Both the position numbers and the translations under genes were made by a program. From the NCBI RefSeq assembly GCF_009914755.1, contig NC_060929.1: DNA of 64,000 bases. One strand, 5' to 3'. Positions 1 through 12,500 of the stretch are shown one piece after another. Under the pieces are notes generated by a model. It had not been told where the DNA came from. It saw nothing but the letters and a program-made list of their open reading frames with translations, and searched no databases. Position 1 is the stretch's first letter, and every line of letters starts with the position of its first letter. Source of the stretch: the human T2T-CHM13v2.0 reference genome, Homo sapiens.

Positions 1-529
1 GAGAATGAGTTTTGAAAAATGTTTTCCTGAGTTTTGGATTGTGTCCTATTACTGTTCTGTGAGAGATACAGAAAAAGAAATAATATTTTCAAAGGTGATT
101 TTTGTAAAGGTGACTATATGCATAGAATGAGCCACCTGAGACCAAAAGAAGGTTTTATAACTATAATCTCATTAAATATATTAATATATGTAAAAAAGAT
201 TACCTTTTAATGTAAAGATTATCAAAAGTAGGACTTTAAAAAGTAGGACTAGTCAGGCATGAAAACATATGAATCTAAAAAGGAGATGCTCCAAGGCTGG
301 TGCCTAAAAGCCTGCTACCAGAACTGCCCAAGAAGGGAGCCTTGGCCCAAGGACTGCCCTCTCTAGATCCTGGAACACATCACTGCTTTTGAAAACCTAA
401 TGATTTGAGTGTGACAGTGTGATGTCATTCATATTTAAATCCTGTAAATAATCCCCCTTGTTCTGGCTCCATTCTCACCAAACAATATTTTATATCCTGC
501 CTAGGGGTCTCAATTGTCCTATCCTGTGG

Positions 530-2100
530 TACCTCAATTAGAATTTCTCATTTCAAAAGCAACAGAAAACCCAAGTCAAAGTTGTTTGAAGACTAAGGGA
601 ACACACATATCAAAATGGCTAAAATTAAAAATCTTAATAACACAAAATGTTGGCAAGGATGCAGAGAAACCAAATCAGTAATCTATTCCTGGTGGAAATG
701 TAAAATGGCACAGCCATTGGAAGTTTCTTTTAAAACTAAAAGTGGACTTACCATATTACCCAGCAACTACATCATTAAGCATTTATTCTAGAGAAATGAA
801 AACATGTTCACACAGAACTTTGTACACAAATATTTATGTCAACTTATTTGTAAGAACCCAAAACTGGAAACTACTCAAATGCCCTTCAATGGGTAAATGG
901 TTACATAAACTGTGGTGGGTTCATACATGGAATACTACTCAAAATTAATAAGGAATGAATTATTAATGCATTCAACAATTTAGGTGAGCTTTAAGACAAC
1001 TATACTGAATGAAAAAAAGGCATTCTCAACTGGTTGTATACTGTATAATTCCATTTATATAATACTCTTGAAATTAAAGTGTGGTAATAGAGAATAGATT
1101 AGTGGTTGTGAATAGCTGAGGATGAAGGATCGGAGTCTGGTTGGCTACAAGAGGTAACACAAAGGAGCCTGGTAGGGATGGTATAGTTATGTGTCTTAAC
1201 TTTGGTGGTAGTTACATAAAGCTACCTGTGTAATTGAAGTTCATCAAACTGCATACTCACACATGCATGCAAACACATGTGTAATGTACGTATGTATAAC
1301 ATAAAATCAGAATGCGTTCATGGATTATACCAAGGTCAATTACCTGGTTTTAATATCACACAATAATTATGCAAAATAACATTAACTTTGTGAGAGGCTG
1401 AGCGAACGGCACATGGGCATTTTTATTCATTTATTTGTATCTTGCTATAAATCTATAATTATTTCAAAATAAAAAGTAAAAGAAATACTAATTCAAAACC
1501 TATGTTTATTTATTCCCACTGATTTATTATATACTATGTCAATAGGAAAATTGAATTGAAAGAGAAATTTGGGCCCAATAGGTAAATAAATAAATAGAGT
1601 TATTGGTTCAAGTGAATGGAAATCCAAACATAGTGCGGGCTTCAAGTTTGGCTGACCCAACAGCTTAATGTGTCACTGAGGACCCATTTTCTTTTCATTT
1701 CTTCATATTCCGTTCTTCAAAGACTGTTTCATTCTGAGTAACATTTGGGGCTATGTGTTCCATTGTACATGTTCAGTGGAAGGGAACATATTTATAAGAT
1801 TCCAAGAAGGATTCAGAAATTCTTCCTAACTGGACTGCTTAGGTAAGGGAATCACATATTCTGATTCCTCAGACCATTCCAATTTCCTATTGGCCTGAAA
1901 TTATTGTTATTAATGCCTCTCCCTTTTCAAATGCCTTAATGGAATATGTTATTTTCTCGTTAGGCCAAACATGGTCTACACCGAGAACTGATCTTCTGGA
2001 CTCCAAAGGCAAGGGTATGGCTTCCCAACCAAACTTAAGGTATTACTAGGAAGAGGAGGTACCTGGTTGCTGAGTTAGCAATTAAAATTTTCCACTAGAT
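530..2100 (-). mobile_element. Ancient MLT1 (MLT1K/L-like) MaLR LTR, in two pieces (~530-600 and ~1580-2100) split by an L1M
   Basis: aaagcaacagaaaaccc at ~547 resembles the reverse complement of an MLT1 3' end; similarity resumes at ~1600 (attggttcaagt...ggcttcaagtttggctgaccc...gtcactgaggaccc). Recognised from memory of the consensus. Confidence 0.45.
600..1485 (+). mobile_element. L1M (L1MC/MD/ME-type) 3' fragment
   Basis: ORF2 end and 3'UTR motifs (caaaatggctaaaattaaaa, tgttggcaaggatgcagagaaac, aaactggaaactactcaaatgccc, catggaatactactc) ending in an A-rich tail; ORF 742-948 is L1-like (NWKLLKCPSMGKWLHKLW). Confidence 0.85.
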
Positions 2101-3059
2101 ATGAACCATTATGTTTCTGGTGGAAAACTAATAAATTGGCCTTCTGTTTCATACATTAATTTCTATAAGCTTGATTAATGTGAAACAATACCTGAAAAAT
2201 TAATTTGTTTTCAGTGCCCATAATTTTGGAAACTGAGCCTCTAAGACTGATACTTGGCCACTAGTAAATCCATGAAAATGATGAATACTACCTGGAAAAT
2301 AGCCAGCTGGCTTTTCCCTAGAGATTCTAACTTTGCTCTTGCATATTTTTCTCCATTAGTACACATGTTTGTTTAAAAATCTTAATTAAAAATGAAGCAA
2401 GGGAATAAGCAAATACCCTGTAAAGTTAAAACAGAGGAGATAGTCTCTTTGAATATTCGTAAGTGCCATAAGCAAAAAGCTGCTAAATTGTTGTATAAAG
2501 AATGAAATTCAATATACATACTAAAAGTAATGCAACAAATACTTTAGGTCTAAGCCAAATTGCTCATGCACATCCTAAAATAATAATATATCCTGTTAAA
2601 ATTATATTATCTTCCTGTCAGAAGGAAATTATTAATTATAAATTATTAATTATTTAGAGCCATGAATACATTTTTAATATTTGTTTATGTTGAGCTTTGA
2701 CACATACTTTTTTATCTTTAAAACAAGGTATCTCCAATTTGATAGTCAGATATAAATTATTACATGGCAGATTAAGAATATTAGAAAAGGTGCTGAACCT
2801 CAATTCTCTCACCTTGAAAGTACCTGGATACTGCAACTATCTCATAATGGACCCCCTTAATTCCAACCCTACACGTTTTTGTTTCCTTATAAAGCTACAA
2901 GTTCATCAACCTATCCTAGAAACAGAACCAAACTGACTCTGCAAGCCCCCTTTATTCACCTACAAACTTGTTCTTGTCTTATGAATTCCATCCCTGCTAT
3001 GCTGTCCTATCTTACTCATCTATGACCTAGTCTTTACTTTCTAATGGCTTTGTCTGTCT

Positions 3060-3900
3060 GTGCTAAATTGTAGAACCCCAGCTTTGCCAAGGAAGAGAGT
3101 TCTTGGGAGAACTTGAGATCTCTCTGGCATCTGGGGTCATACATGAACAAAAAGACTGACAACAGCTTCTCATCTGGAAAATGCTAGAGGCTGGAGGTTG
3201 GCCAGTGCGGCCTCTCAATGGAAAAACAGAGAGAGGGCAGCAGTGGGAAATCTTACACTGTGATTATTCTGTGTAGCTAAAATGTATGAGTTTTCTGTGA
3301 TCCAAGTATAGCCCATAGAGAGTAGCTAGGCTCAAGCTATTTTGAATTTATTTTGCTCAAGAGGGAAGCCAACAGATGTCAGAGAATCCAATGCATCAAC
3401 AATGCATTTCATGAGAGGGGTTGTTGTAAGAGTTCACTGGAATACGTTGCTTATATCACAGAACTATCTACCATGGAAATTTTTCAGAATATCCATAGAA
3501 TCCATGTCTGTACCCAATTTAATAGCCAGGCTTTTGATGCCTGTTATGTAGGCAGATTACGATAGTACCTGTAAGACCGTTACTCTTGTTCCTCTAATAC
3601 TCCTTTTCCCTCCCAGCCTCAAAAGAGCCAAAGCAGCAAAGAAGGGATGGGAGGATGAGTGAAAAACAAAACAAAACAAAACAAAAAAATAGGCCACACA
3701 CACCTCCTTCCCTGTGGCAAGTCCCAGTCAGGGGTGAAAGTCATGAAGGGAAGAAGAACTTTGAATTGAGTGTGAGGTTAACATTTTCATTTAAAATGGA
3801 CAAGATCTTTTAATGTCTGAAAATGAACTGTTATTATGGAAACCATACTCACAACAGGAAATAACAGAAAGGCTAAGACATCTTTCCAAGATATCATTAG
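3060..3900. mobile_element. Possible very old LTR relic (LTR78-like)
   Basis: ctttgaattgagtgtgagg...aatggacaagatcttttaatgtctgaaa at ~3760-3825 recalls ancient mammalian LTRs; no termini identified. Confidence 0.25.
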
Positions 3901-4049
3901 GGGCAGGGAAAGGAGATCTGAAGGTAGCGGTTGGTCAAAAATAAAGCCATTTTCTGTCTGAACCCCACCAATCCCAGATTGTTCCATTAAACAAGGAATA
4001 TTCACATGCACACATACACATAGTATTCGGACTGATTTTTTTTATTTGC

Positions 4050-4340
4050 TACTATATCTTGAATAATTCTCATAACATTAAATATCCACATCCATATTCT
4101 GGCTTTGCAATATTTCTTTTTAAAAATACACTGTAATATATTTTACTGATTCCTTATTATTGGACATTTAGGTTATTTCCCTTAAGTTTCCTATTAAAAC
4201 AAATGCTATAATAAACAACTTTATACGTAAAGATTTGCCTGTAACCATGATTCATTCTTTGGGACAAATCTCTGAAAGTGAAATTATTAGATCAATGAGT
4301 ATAATCATTTTTAAAGTCTTGGATATATATTGCCAAATTT
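4050..4340 (-). mobile_element. L1ME-type 3' fragment
   Basis: ttattggacatttaggttatttcc...aatgctataataaaca...gaaagtgaaattattagatca...ttgccaaatt is typical antisense L1M 3' sequence. Confidence 0.65.
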
Positions 4341-5069
4341 CAAAATGGATAATTTAATAAATGTATATTTAATTAATATCTATATCGATAGCTTCTCAAA
4401 TTCTGCTAAATTTATATGCATTTTGTCAAAATTAAAAGTTAAAAATAGAATATTTTAGATACCAAAAGTTGTGCTGTACAGCATTTAGCTAAAGAAAATA
4501 TTCAATGTTAAATTAAAATTCCAACTTACAATAAATGATCAAAGTAATCATTTATGAAAATAAACAATTACAAATAAATATAATAAATACAATATATTAT
4601 ATAATAAATAATTCAAATCTACCTGTAAACTGGCAACTTCAAAATAATGGCCCTCCACATATTTATTTAACTTCTAGGCTTTTGGGTAAAGTTGTTCTAA
4701 TGATACCCACTCTGGATATCTATTTGAAATTTTCTCACCTAGAAATCTAAAGAACAAGGTCTTTCTTCCATTAGCAAGGACTTTTTAGGTAATAGACTCC
4801 ATGAATGCTTGGGTTAAAAATAAGAGTTACACCCAAATGTTCAAAATAATCAGACTGCAGCACAGCCACCTGTGTTTTCTGAGGAAAGAAAATATCTGTG
4901 ATGAGATATGGTTAAACTGGCTAACTGCCAAGCAAAAAGTGTTGTCATCTTTTCTGAATATAAACAGAATAGTTCAATAATCATAATTATTGGTCTGTGA
5001 GCAATAGCAGCAAATGTTTTAAAATTAATATTGTTTATAAGGTATGTGTAAAGTATTTTCATATATACA

Positions 5070-5260
5070 TTTTCATTTGAATGTCATAACACCCCTACAA
5101 GGTAGATTGTATTATTTTTATTTTTTTGTAAGTGAGAAAACTAAAGCTCAAAAAATTAGTTGGCTCACTCATAGACAAGCAGCTCTGGAACAAACACAGC
5201 CAGGAGTCAAAACTGTACCTTAATTTTAAGTTCAGACTTTTTCTACCATGGTACTGTGCC
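5070..5260 (-). mobile_element. MIR SINE
   Basis: catttgaatgtcataacaccccta...gtgagaaaactaaagctca matches the antisense MIR core. Confidence 0.6.
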
Positions 5261-5269
5261 TCGTGGTAA

Positions 5270-5519
5270 ATTTATTTATTTATTTGTTTGTTTAAGGAAT
5301 AACTTATTGAACATCACTGTGTGTCAGGAATTGTTGTAAATACTGCTCCACAACTGGTAAAGGTAACAAAAAATCCCTTCCCTCTCGTATCTTGTGATCA
5401 CCAGCAGGAAGTTGAGGAAGAGAGAGATAACAATTAAAAAATAATTTGTAATATCTCAGGAAAAGGATAGTACTGTGAAAATGAATCTGGATTAGAGTAG
5501 ACACAGTGATGAGAGGTGC
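5270..5519 (-). mobile_element. L2 3' fragment, interrupted by the MSTA (may resume ~7938-8060)
   Basis: ttattgaacatcactgtgtgtcagg is the antisense L2 3'-end motif. Confidence 0.5.
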
Positions 5520-7937
5520 TGATATGGTCTGGATCTGTGTCCCTGCCCACATCTCATATTGAATTGTAATCCCAGTGTTGGAAAAGGGACCTGATGGGAG
5601 GTAATTGGATCATGGGGGTGGATTTCTCATGAATGGTTTAGGAGCATCCCCATTGGTACTGTACAGTGAGTGAGTTCTCATGAGATCTGGCACATCTCCC
5701 CTCTCCCTCTCTCTCTCCTGCTCCAGCCACTTGAGGTGCAAGCTCTGCCTTTGCCTTCCACCATGATTATAAGTTTCCTGAGGCCTCCCCAGAGGCAGAA
5801 GCCACTATGCTTCCTGAACATCCTGTGGAACCATAAGCCAATTAAACTTCTTTTCTTTATAAAATATACAGTCCCAGGTATTTCTTTATAGCAATACAGG
5901 AGCAAACTAATACAGAAATTCATACTGAGAAGTGCGGCATTGCTATAAAGATACCTGAAAATGTGGAAGCAGCTCTGGAACTCTGTAATGGGCAGAAGTT
6001 GGAACAGTTTGGTTGGCTCAGAAGAAGACAAGAAGATGAGGGAAAGTTTAGAACTTCCTAGAGGTTTGTTAAATGGTTGTGACCAAAATGCTGATAGTGA
6101 TATGGACAGTGAAGTCCAGGCTGAGGAGCTCTCAGATGGAAATGAGGAACTGATTGGGAACTGGAGCAAAGGTCACTTTTGTTATGCTTTAGCAAAGAAC
6201 TTGGAGGCATTGTGCCCCTGCCCTACGGATCTGTGGAAGTTTGAAGTAGAGAGTGATGATTAGGATATCTGGTGGAAGAAATTTCTAAGCAGCAAAGAAT
6301 CCAAGAATTGACCTGCCTCCTTCTAAAAACCTATGCTTATAGGCATGAGCAAAGAAATGACCTGAAACTGGAACTTACATTTTAAGAGGAAGGAGAATGT
6401 AAATGCTTAGGAAATTTACAGCCCAGCCATGTGGTAGAAAAGAAAAGACTGTTTTCAGGGGAGGAATTCAAGCAGGCTGCAGAAATTTGAAGAAATAAAA
6501 AGGAGCCAAGTGCTAATATCCAAGACAATGAGGAAAAGGCCTTGAACGCATTGAAGAGACCATCCTGGCAGCCCTTCCAATCACAGACCCAGAGGCCTAT
6601 GAGGGAAGAATGGTCTCATAAGCCAGGCCCAGGGCGCTGCCACCCTGCACAGGCTCTGGACACTGCTCCCTGCATTCCAGTCACTTCAGCTCCAGGCTAA
6701 AAGTGTCCCAGTGACAGCAAGAGCCACTGCTTCAGAGGATGCAAACAGTAAGCCTTGGAGGTTTCCACATGGTCTTAAGCCTGTGGGTGCACAGATTGTA
6801 AGAGTTGAGGCTTTGGAGCCTCCAACTAGATTTCAGAGGATGTATGGAAAAGCCTGGATGTCCAGGCAGAAGCCTGCTGCAGGGGTGGAGCCCTCATAAG
6901 AAGCCTCTATTAGGGCAGTGTGGGGTAGGGGGATGTGATGTGAAGTCCCCACTCAGAGACCCTACTGGGCACTGCCTAGTGGATCTGTGAGAAGAAGGCC
7001 AGCGTCCTCCAGATCCCAGAATGTTAGAACCACTGACAGCTCTCACCATGCACCTTGAAAGCCACAAGCACCCAACACCAGCCCAAGAGAGCAGCCACAG
7101 GGGCTGACCCCTGCAAAGTTACTGAAGTGAAACTACCCAAGGCCTTGTGAGCCAACCCCTTGCATCAGTGTACCCTAGATGTGGGATGTGAAGTCAAAAA
7201 AGATTATTTTGGAGCTTTAAGGTCTTATTACCTTAAACTTGCTGGGTTTCAGACTTTCCTGAGATCTGTAGTCCCTTTCTTTTGTCTGATTTATCCCTTT
7301 TGGAATGCGAACAATGCCTATACCCCCATTGTATCTTGGAAGCAACTTTTTTTTTATTGCATCATAGGCAGAAGGGACTTACCTTGTCTCAGATGAGACT
7401 TTGGACTTTGGACTTTTGAGTTAATCCTGGAATAAGTTAAGACTTTGGGAGACTGTTGGGAAGTCATGATTGTAGTTTGAAATGTGAGAAGAACATGAGA
7501 TTTGGGAGGGGATGGGGTGGAATGATATGGTTTGGATCTGTGTCCCCACCAAAATCTCATCTCAAATTGTAATCCTTAATGTTGGAAGAGAGGCCTGGTT
7601 GGAGGTAATTAGATCATGAGGGTGGATTTCTCATGAATAGGTTAGTACCATTCCCCCTTGGTACTGTATAGTGAGTGAGTTCTCATGAAATCTGGTTGTT
7701 TAAAAGGTATGTGGCACCTCCCCTCTCTCCTTTTCTTCCTCCTGGTCGTGCCATATAAGGTGCTGGCTCCCCCTTCACTTCTACCATGATTGTAAGTTTC
7801 CTGAGGTCTCTCCAGAGGTAAAAGCCACTATGCTCCCTATACAGCCTGCAGAACTTTGAGCCAATTAAACCTCTTTTTTATATAAAACACCCATTCTCAG
7901 GTCTTTCTGGAGAGCAATGCAAAAACGGACTAAAACA
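5520..7937 (+). mobile_element. Complete MSTA MaLR provirus: 5' LTR 5520-5914, internal region 5915-7522, 3' LTR 7523-7937
   Basis: Both LTRs start tgatatgg..tggatctgtgtccc and end ctaa(t/a)aca, with attaaa polyA signals; purine tract just before the 3' LTR. The flanks ggtgc/gatat do not form a clean TSD. Confidence 0.92.
5961..6263 (+). pseudogene. Remnant of the MaLR internal (Gag-like) ORF
   Basis: GRSWNSLVGSEEDKKMRESLELPRGLLNGCDQNADSDMDSEVQAEELSDGNEELIGNWSKGH is the MST/THE1-int ORF; the homologous DNA recurs at ~27200-27480. Confidence 0.8.
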
Positions 7938-8487
7938 GATATTATTTAAGATTCAGTTCTTAAGGAAGTTCTCTTGGATGAGCTTGACAATTGAGCAGAG
8001 ATCTGACTCTGAGAAATCAAGCTATGACGATATCAGGGACAAGATAACTCCATGAAGCATGTGGGAATCCCCTTTTTAACACGAGTTACTCTTGTTACAG
8101 GATAACTAATAGCAGTCTTGCCTACTATTAGCTTAATAGTTATTTCTAGAGGCAGGGAAATGCATTTGTTTAAATAAATAAGACTTATCTGAAAGAAGGC
8201 AAAGATTAAATAGCATATTCACCACCCAGACGCAAAAAGTGAAAGCTTCTGGGATTTCTACCTCTAACTAGCATGGTTTTTAAATACTCATAACTTTTTG
8301 TTGCCAGACAGCATTGGAGAACTCAGTTTTTTTTTGAAGAAAATCTTGCAAATTATCCATAGTTTCAGACTAATTTAATTTCATCCACAATCTTGTAAAT
8401 ATCTTTTAAGGACATTTACTAAGAGATAAGAAGGGGTTTCTTATATATTTTTTTTCTTGTGTTTTGTCCATTTTTACTGCATCTATC

Positions 8488-8789
8488 TTTTTTTTTTTTT
8501 TTTTTTTTTTAGAGACAAGGTCTCACTTTGTCACCCAGGCTAGGTGCAGTGGCAACATCACAGCTCACCGCAACCTCAAATTCTGTGCTCAAGTGATCCT
8601 CCCACCTCAGCCTCCTGGTTAGCTGGGACTATAAATGTGTGCCACCACACCTGGCTAATTTTTTTTTTAAGACACGGGGTCTCACTATGTTGCCCAGCCT
8701 GGTCTGTAACTCCCGGCCTCAAGTGATCTTCCCAGCTTGGCCTACCAAGGCACTGGAATTACAGGCATGAGCCACCACCATGACTGGCC
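8488..8789 (-). mobile_element. AluJ
   Basis: Poly-T followed by agagacaaggtctcact; J-type gctcaagtgatcctcccacctcagcc; CpG-depleted. Confidence 0.92.
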
Positions 8790-9149
8790 TCATTTTTATT
8801 AATCTTAAAAAAAGATTATAAGCATTCTCCACTAGATGTCGTAAATCCTCAGCATCAGGTAATGAGGTATAATATTACATACTTGTTGCTTTAGTATAAG
8901 ATATTAGAGCTCTTGATTATCCAATTACTTGGAGAAATGAAATAAAGAAGATTATTATCCCCAATAATTTAGGGAAATCTTTATAGAAATAATTGCTGGA
9001 GGTACAAAATGAAAGAATGGTGAAGAGATGCCAAAGCTTTAATTTTCTTATATGGAAGACCTTATGATGTAGGGTCTGTGTAGCTGCTAAAATCCATGAA
9101 CATAGTATTGCTACCTTTTTTTTGGTCTCTTACTCTGAAACAGGCCACC

Positions 9150-9340
9150 TGCTAAGCACTTCACCTGCATTGTGGCTGAACCCCATAACAGTCTTCTGAA
9201 GTAATTACTATTAATACAGTTCTCCTTCTACTGATAAAGAGAGGCTAATTTAGCCTACCCAATATTCTATAACTAGTAAATGGCACAGCCATGATTTGAA
9301 TTCACTGCTAGAGCATAGGCTCTCACAGAACCTGCTACAC
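9150..9340 (-). mobile_element. MIR SINE
   Basis: gctaagcacttcacctgcatt...ctagtaaatggcacagccatgatttgaa. Confidence 0.6.
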
Positions 9341-9540
9341 TGACTTTCTACCAGAGCCTTATTCCCAGCCTCTCTACTGGTGTTCTAACAACCAGGAGGT
9401 TGACTAAAAGCAACATCAGATTTAACAGCCACACATAATCCATTGTCCTCTATCCAAGAAACCTCAAGATAGGAGATGGAGCAAGATTGTGGAATAGAAA
9501 GCTCTACCAATTGTCCCCTCTCCAAGGACACCAAGTTAAC

Positions 9541-9545
<5 letters not shown>

Positions 9546-9577
<32 letters not shown>
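9546..9577. repeat. (AC)16 microsatellite
   Basis: Direct read; lies inside the L1MA 5'UTR. Confidence 0.97.
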
Positions 9578-9580
<3 letters not shown>

Positions 9581-12500
9581 AAAGAAAAAAAAAACCTTTT
9601 TAAGAACCAAAAATTAGGTGAGCACTCATAGTACCCGGTTTTAACTTCATATCATGGAAAGAGTCACGGAAGAGACAGAAAAAGCAGTCCTGAATCACTG
9701 ACACCACCTCTCCCTTACCCCTGGCATCAGCTGTGTGATGTGAAGTCTCTGGACACTGAGGAAGAACACATCAACTGTGAGGCATTGAACTCAGTGACGT
9801 TCTATTAGAGCAGAAAGGAATATTGGACCAAATTTAGCTGACAGCCACCCACGAAGGGAGTATTTAAAGCAGCCCTAGCCAGGGAGGAATCACCAATCCC
9901 TGTGGCCCAAACTTGAGTGCCAGCAAACAGCATTCTGTGTCTTCAAATAAACTTGAAAGGCAGTCTAAGCCATAAGTACAACAGTCAGGTGACTCCTAGG
10001 GCTGAACTAGGCCCAGACGCAGTGGACTTGGAGGACACAGAACCTACTGAGACACCAGCAAGGTCAGTCAAGGGAGTACTGGCATCACCCCACCCCTAAC
10101 TGTAGGCTGCACAGCTTGTATCTCCAAAGAAGATCACTTCCTTCTGCTTGAGAAGAGGAGATAGGAGAGTGGGGAGGACTTTGTCTTGCATCTAGAATAC
10201 CAGCTTGGTGACAGCAGGATAGGGCACCAGTCAGTCATGAGAGTCATGAGGACCTCATTCCAGGCCCTACCTCTAAGATGACATTTATAGACACACCATG
10301 GGCCAAAAGCAAACCTGTTATCTTAAAGGAAAGGGTCCAGTCCTCCCAGCATTCATCGCCTGCTTATCGAAGAGCCCTTGGGCCCTGAATAACCAGCAGT
10401 AATACCCAGGTAATACATCATGGGCCTTGGGTAAGCCTCTGAGACTTGCTGGCTTCAGGTGAGGCTCAGCACATTACCAGCTGTAGTGGCTACAGGAAAA
10501 AACTCCTTTAGTTTGAGAAAAGCTGAGGGAAATATAAAGGGGACTTTGTCTTACATTTTAGGTACCAGCACAGCCACAGGGAGGTGGAGCACAAAGCAGG
10601 CTGTTAGGAACCTCAGTTCCAGAACATGACTCCTGGATAGCATTTCTGGACCTGCTCTGGGCCATATGGGAGCCCATTGCCTTGAAGCATGAGTCCTAGG
10701 CCAGGCAGCATTCACAACAAGCTGTCTTAAGAGCACTTGGACATTAAGGAAATATCGGTGGCAGTCTGGCACTACTCCTCATGGCCTGCGGTGGCAATGG
10801 CTATGGGGTGAGGCTCCTCTGCCTTTGGAAAAAGGAGAGAAGAGTGGGAAGGACTGCATCTTGTGGCATAATGCAAGCTCAGCCACAATACAATAGAACA
10901 CCAGGTAGACTTCTAAGGCTTTTGACTTTAGTCCCTGACTCTTGGATGGCACTTCTGGATCCATCTGAGGCCTGGGTGACCTTGCTGCCTTGAAGAGAAG
11001 AAAACAGGCTGGATGTCTTTTCCACCTGCTAATTAAAGAGTCCCAGGGACTTGAGCAAACATAGACAATAGCCAGGGAGTGGTTACAGCAGGCCTTGAGT
11101 GAGACCCAGTGCTGTTCTGGCTTCAGGGCTGACCCAGAACAGTCATAGTAGTGATAGCCACAGGGGTGCTGTATCTCTCCACCCCCAGATTTAGGTGGCT
11201 CAGAACAGACAGAGTCTCTGTATGTTTGGGGGAAAGTAAGAAAAGAGAACAAGAGTCTCTGCCTGAAAATCCAGAGAATTCTCCCTGACCTGGTCCAAGA
11301 CCATCAAGGCAGTACCCCTATGAGTCTGCAAGAACAACAGTGTTACTAGGCTTAGCATGTCTCCTAAAGCAGATACAGCTTAGATCATAACATCCAACTC
11401 CTTTCAAACATCTGAAAAGCTTTCCCAAAAAAGATGACTACAAATAAGCCCAGACAGTGAAGACTGCAATGTATACCTAACTCTTTAATGCCCAGACACC
11501 GAAGAACATCCACTAGCATCAGCATCATCCAGGAAATCATGACCTTACCAAGTGAACTAAAAAAGGCACCAAAGTCAAAACCTGGAGAAAGAGAGACATG
11601 TGACCTTTCAGACAGAGAATTCAAAATAGCTGTGTTGAGGAAACTCAAATAAATTCAAGATAACACAGAGAAGGAATTCAGAATTCTATCAGATAAATTT
11701 AACAAAGAGATTGAAATATTTAAAAAGAACCAAGCAATAATTCTGGAGCTGAAAACTGCAATAGGCATACTGAAGAATGCATCAGAGTCCTTTAATAGCA
11801 GAATTGATCAAGGAGAAGAAAGAATTGGTGAGCTTGAGGACAGGCTATTTGAAAATACACAATCATAAGAGACAAAAGAAAAAGGAATAAAAAACGAAGC
11901 ATGCATAAAGGATCTAGAAAATAGCCTCAAAGGGACAAATCTAAGCGGTATTGGCTGTAAAGAGGACCTAGAGAAAGAGATAGGAGTAGAAGGTTTATTC
12001 AGAGGGATAACAGGGAGCTTTCCAAACTGAGATAAAGACATCAATATCCAAATATGAAAGGGTTACAGAACATCAAGCAGATTTAACCCAAAGAAGTCTA
12101 CTTTGAGGCATATAATAATCAGACTCCCAAAGATCAGCAACAAAGGATCCTAAAAGCAGTAACAGAAAAGAAACAAATTACATACAGGAGAGTTCCAATA
12201 TGTCTGGCAGCAGATTTTTCACTGGAAACCTTACAAGCCAGGAGAGAGTGGCATGACATATTTAAAGAGCTGAAAGAAAAAAATCTTCACCCTAAAATAG
12301 TATATCCAGTGAAAATATCCTTCAAATATGAAGGAGAAATAAAAAATTACTCAACAAACAAAAGCTGAGGGATCTCAATACCAGATCTGTTCTATAAGAA
12401 ACACTATAGGGAGCAGTTCGATCAGAAAGATAAGGACATTAATGTGCAGTAAGAAATCATTTGAAGTTTCAAAACTCACTAGTAATGGTAAGTACACAGA

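Noticed and set aside
5602-5612. DUX4 sites in the MSTA LTRs (taattggatca; taattagatca at ~7606)
   Set aside because: Both deviate from the AATCA half-site, so they are not called.
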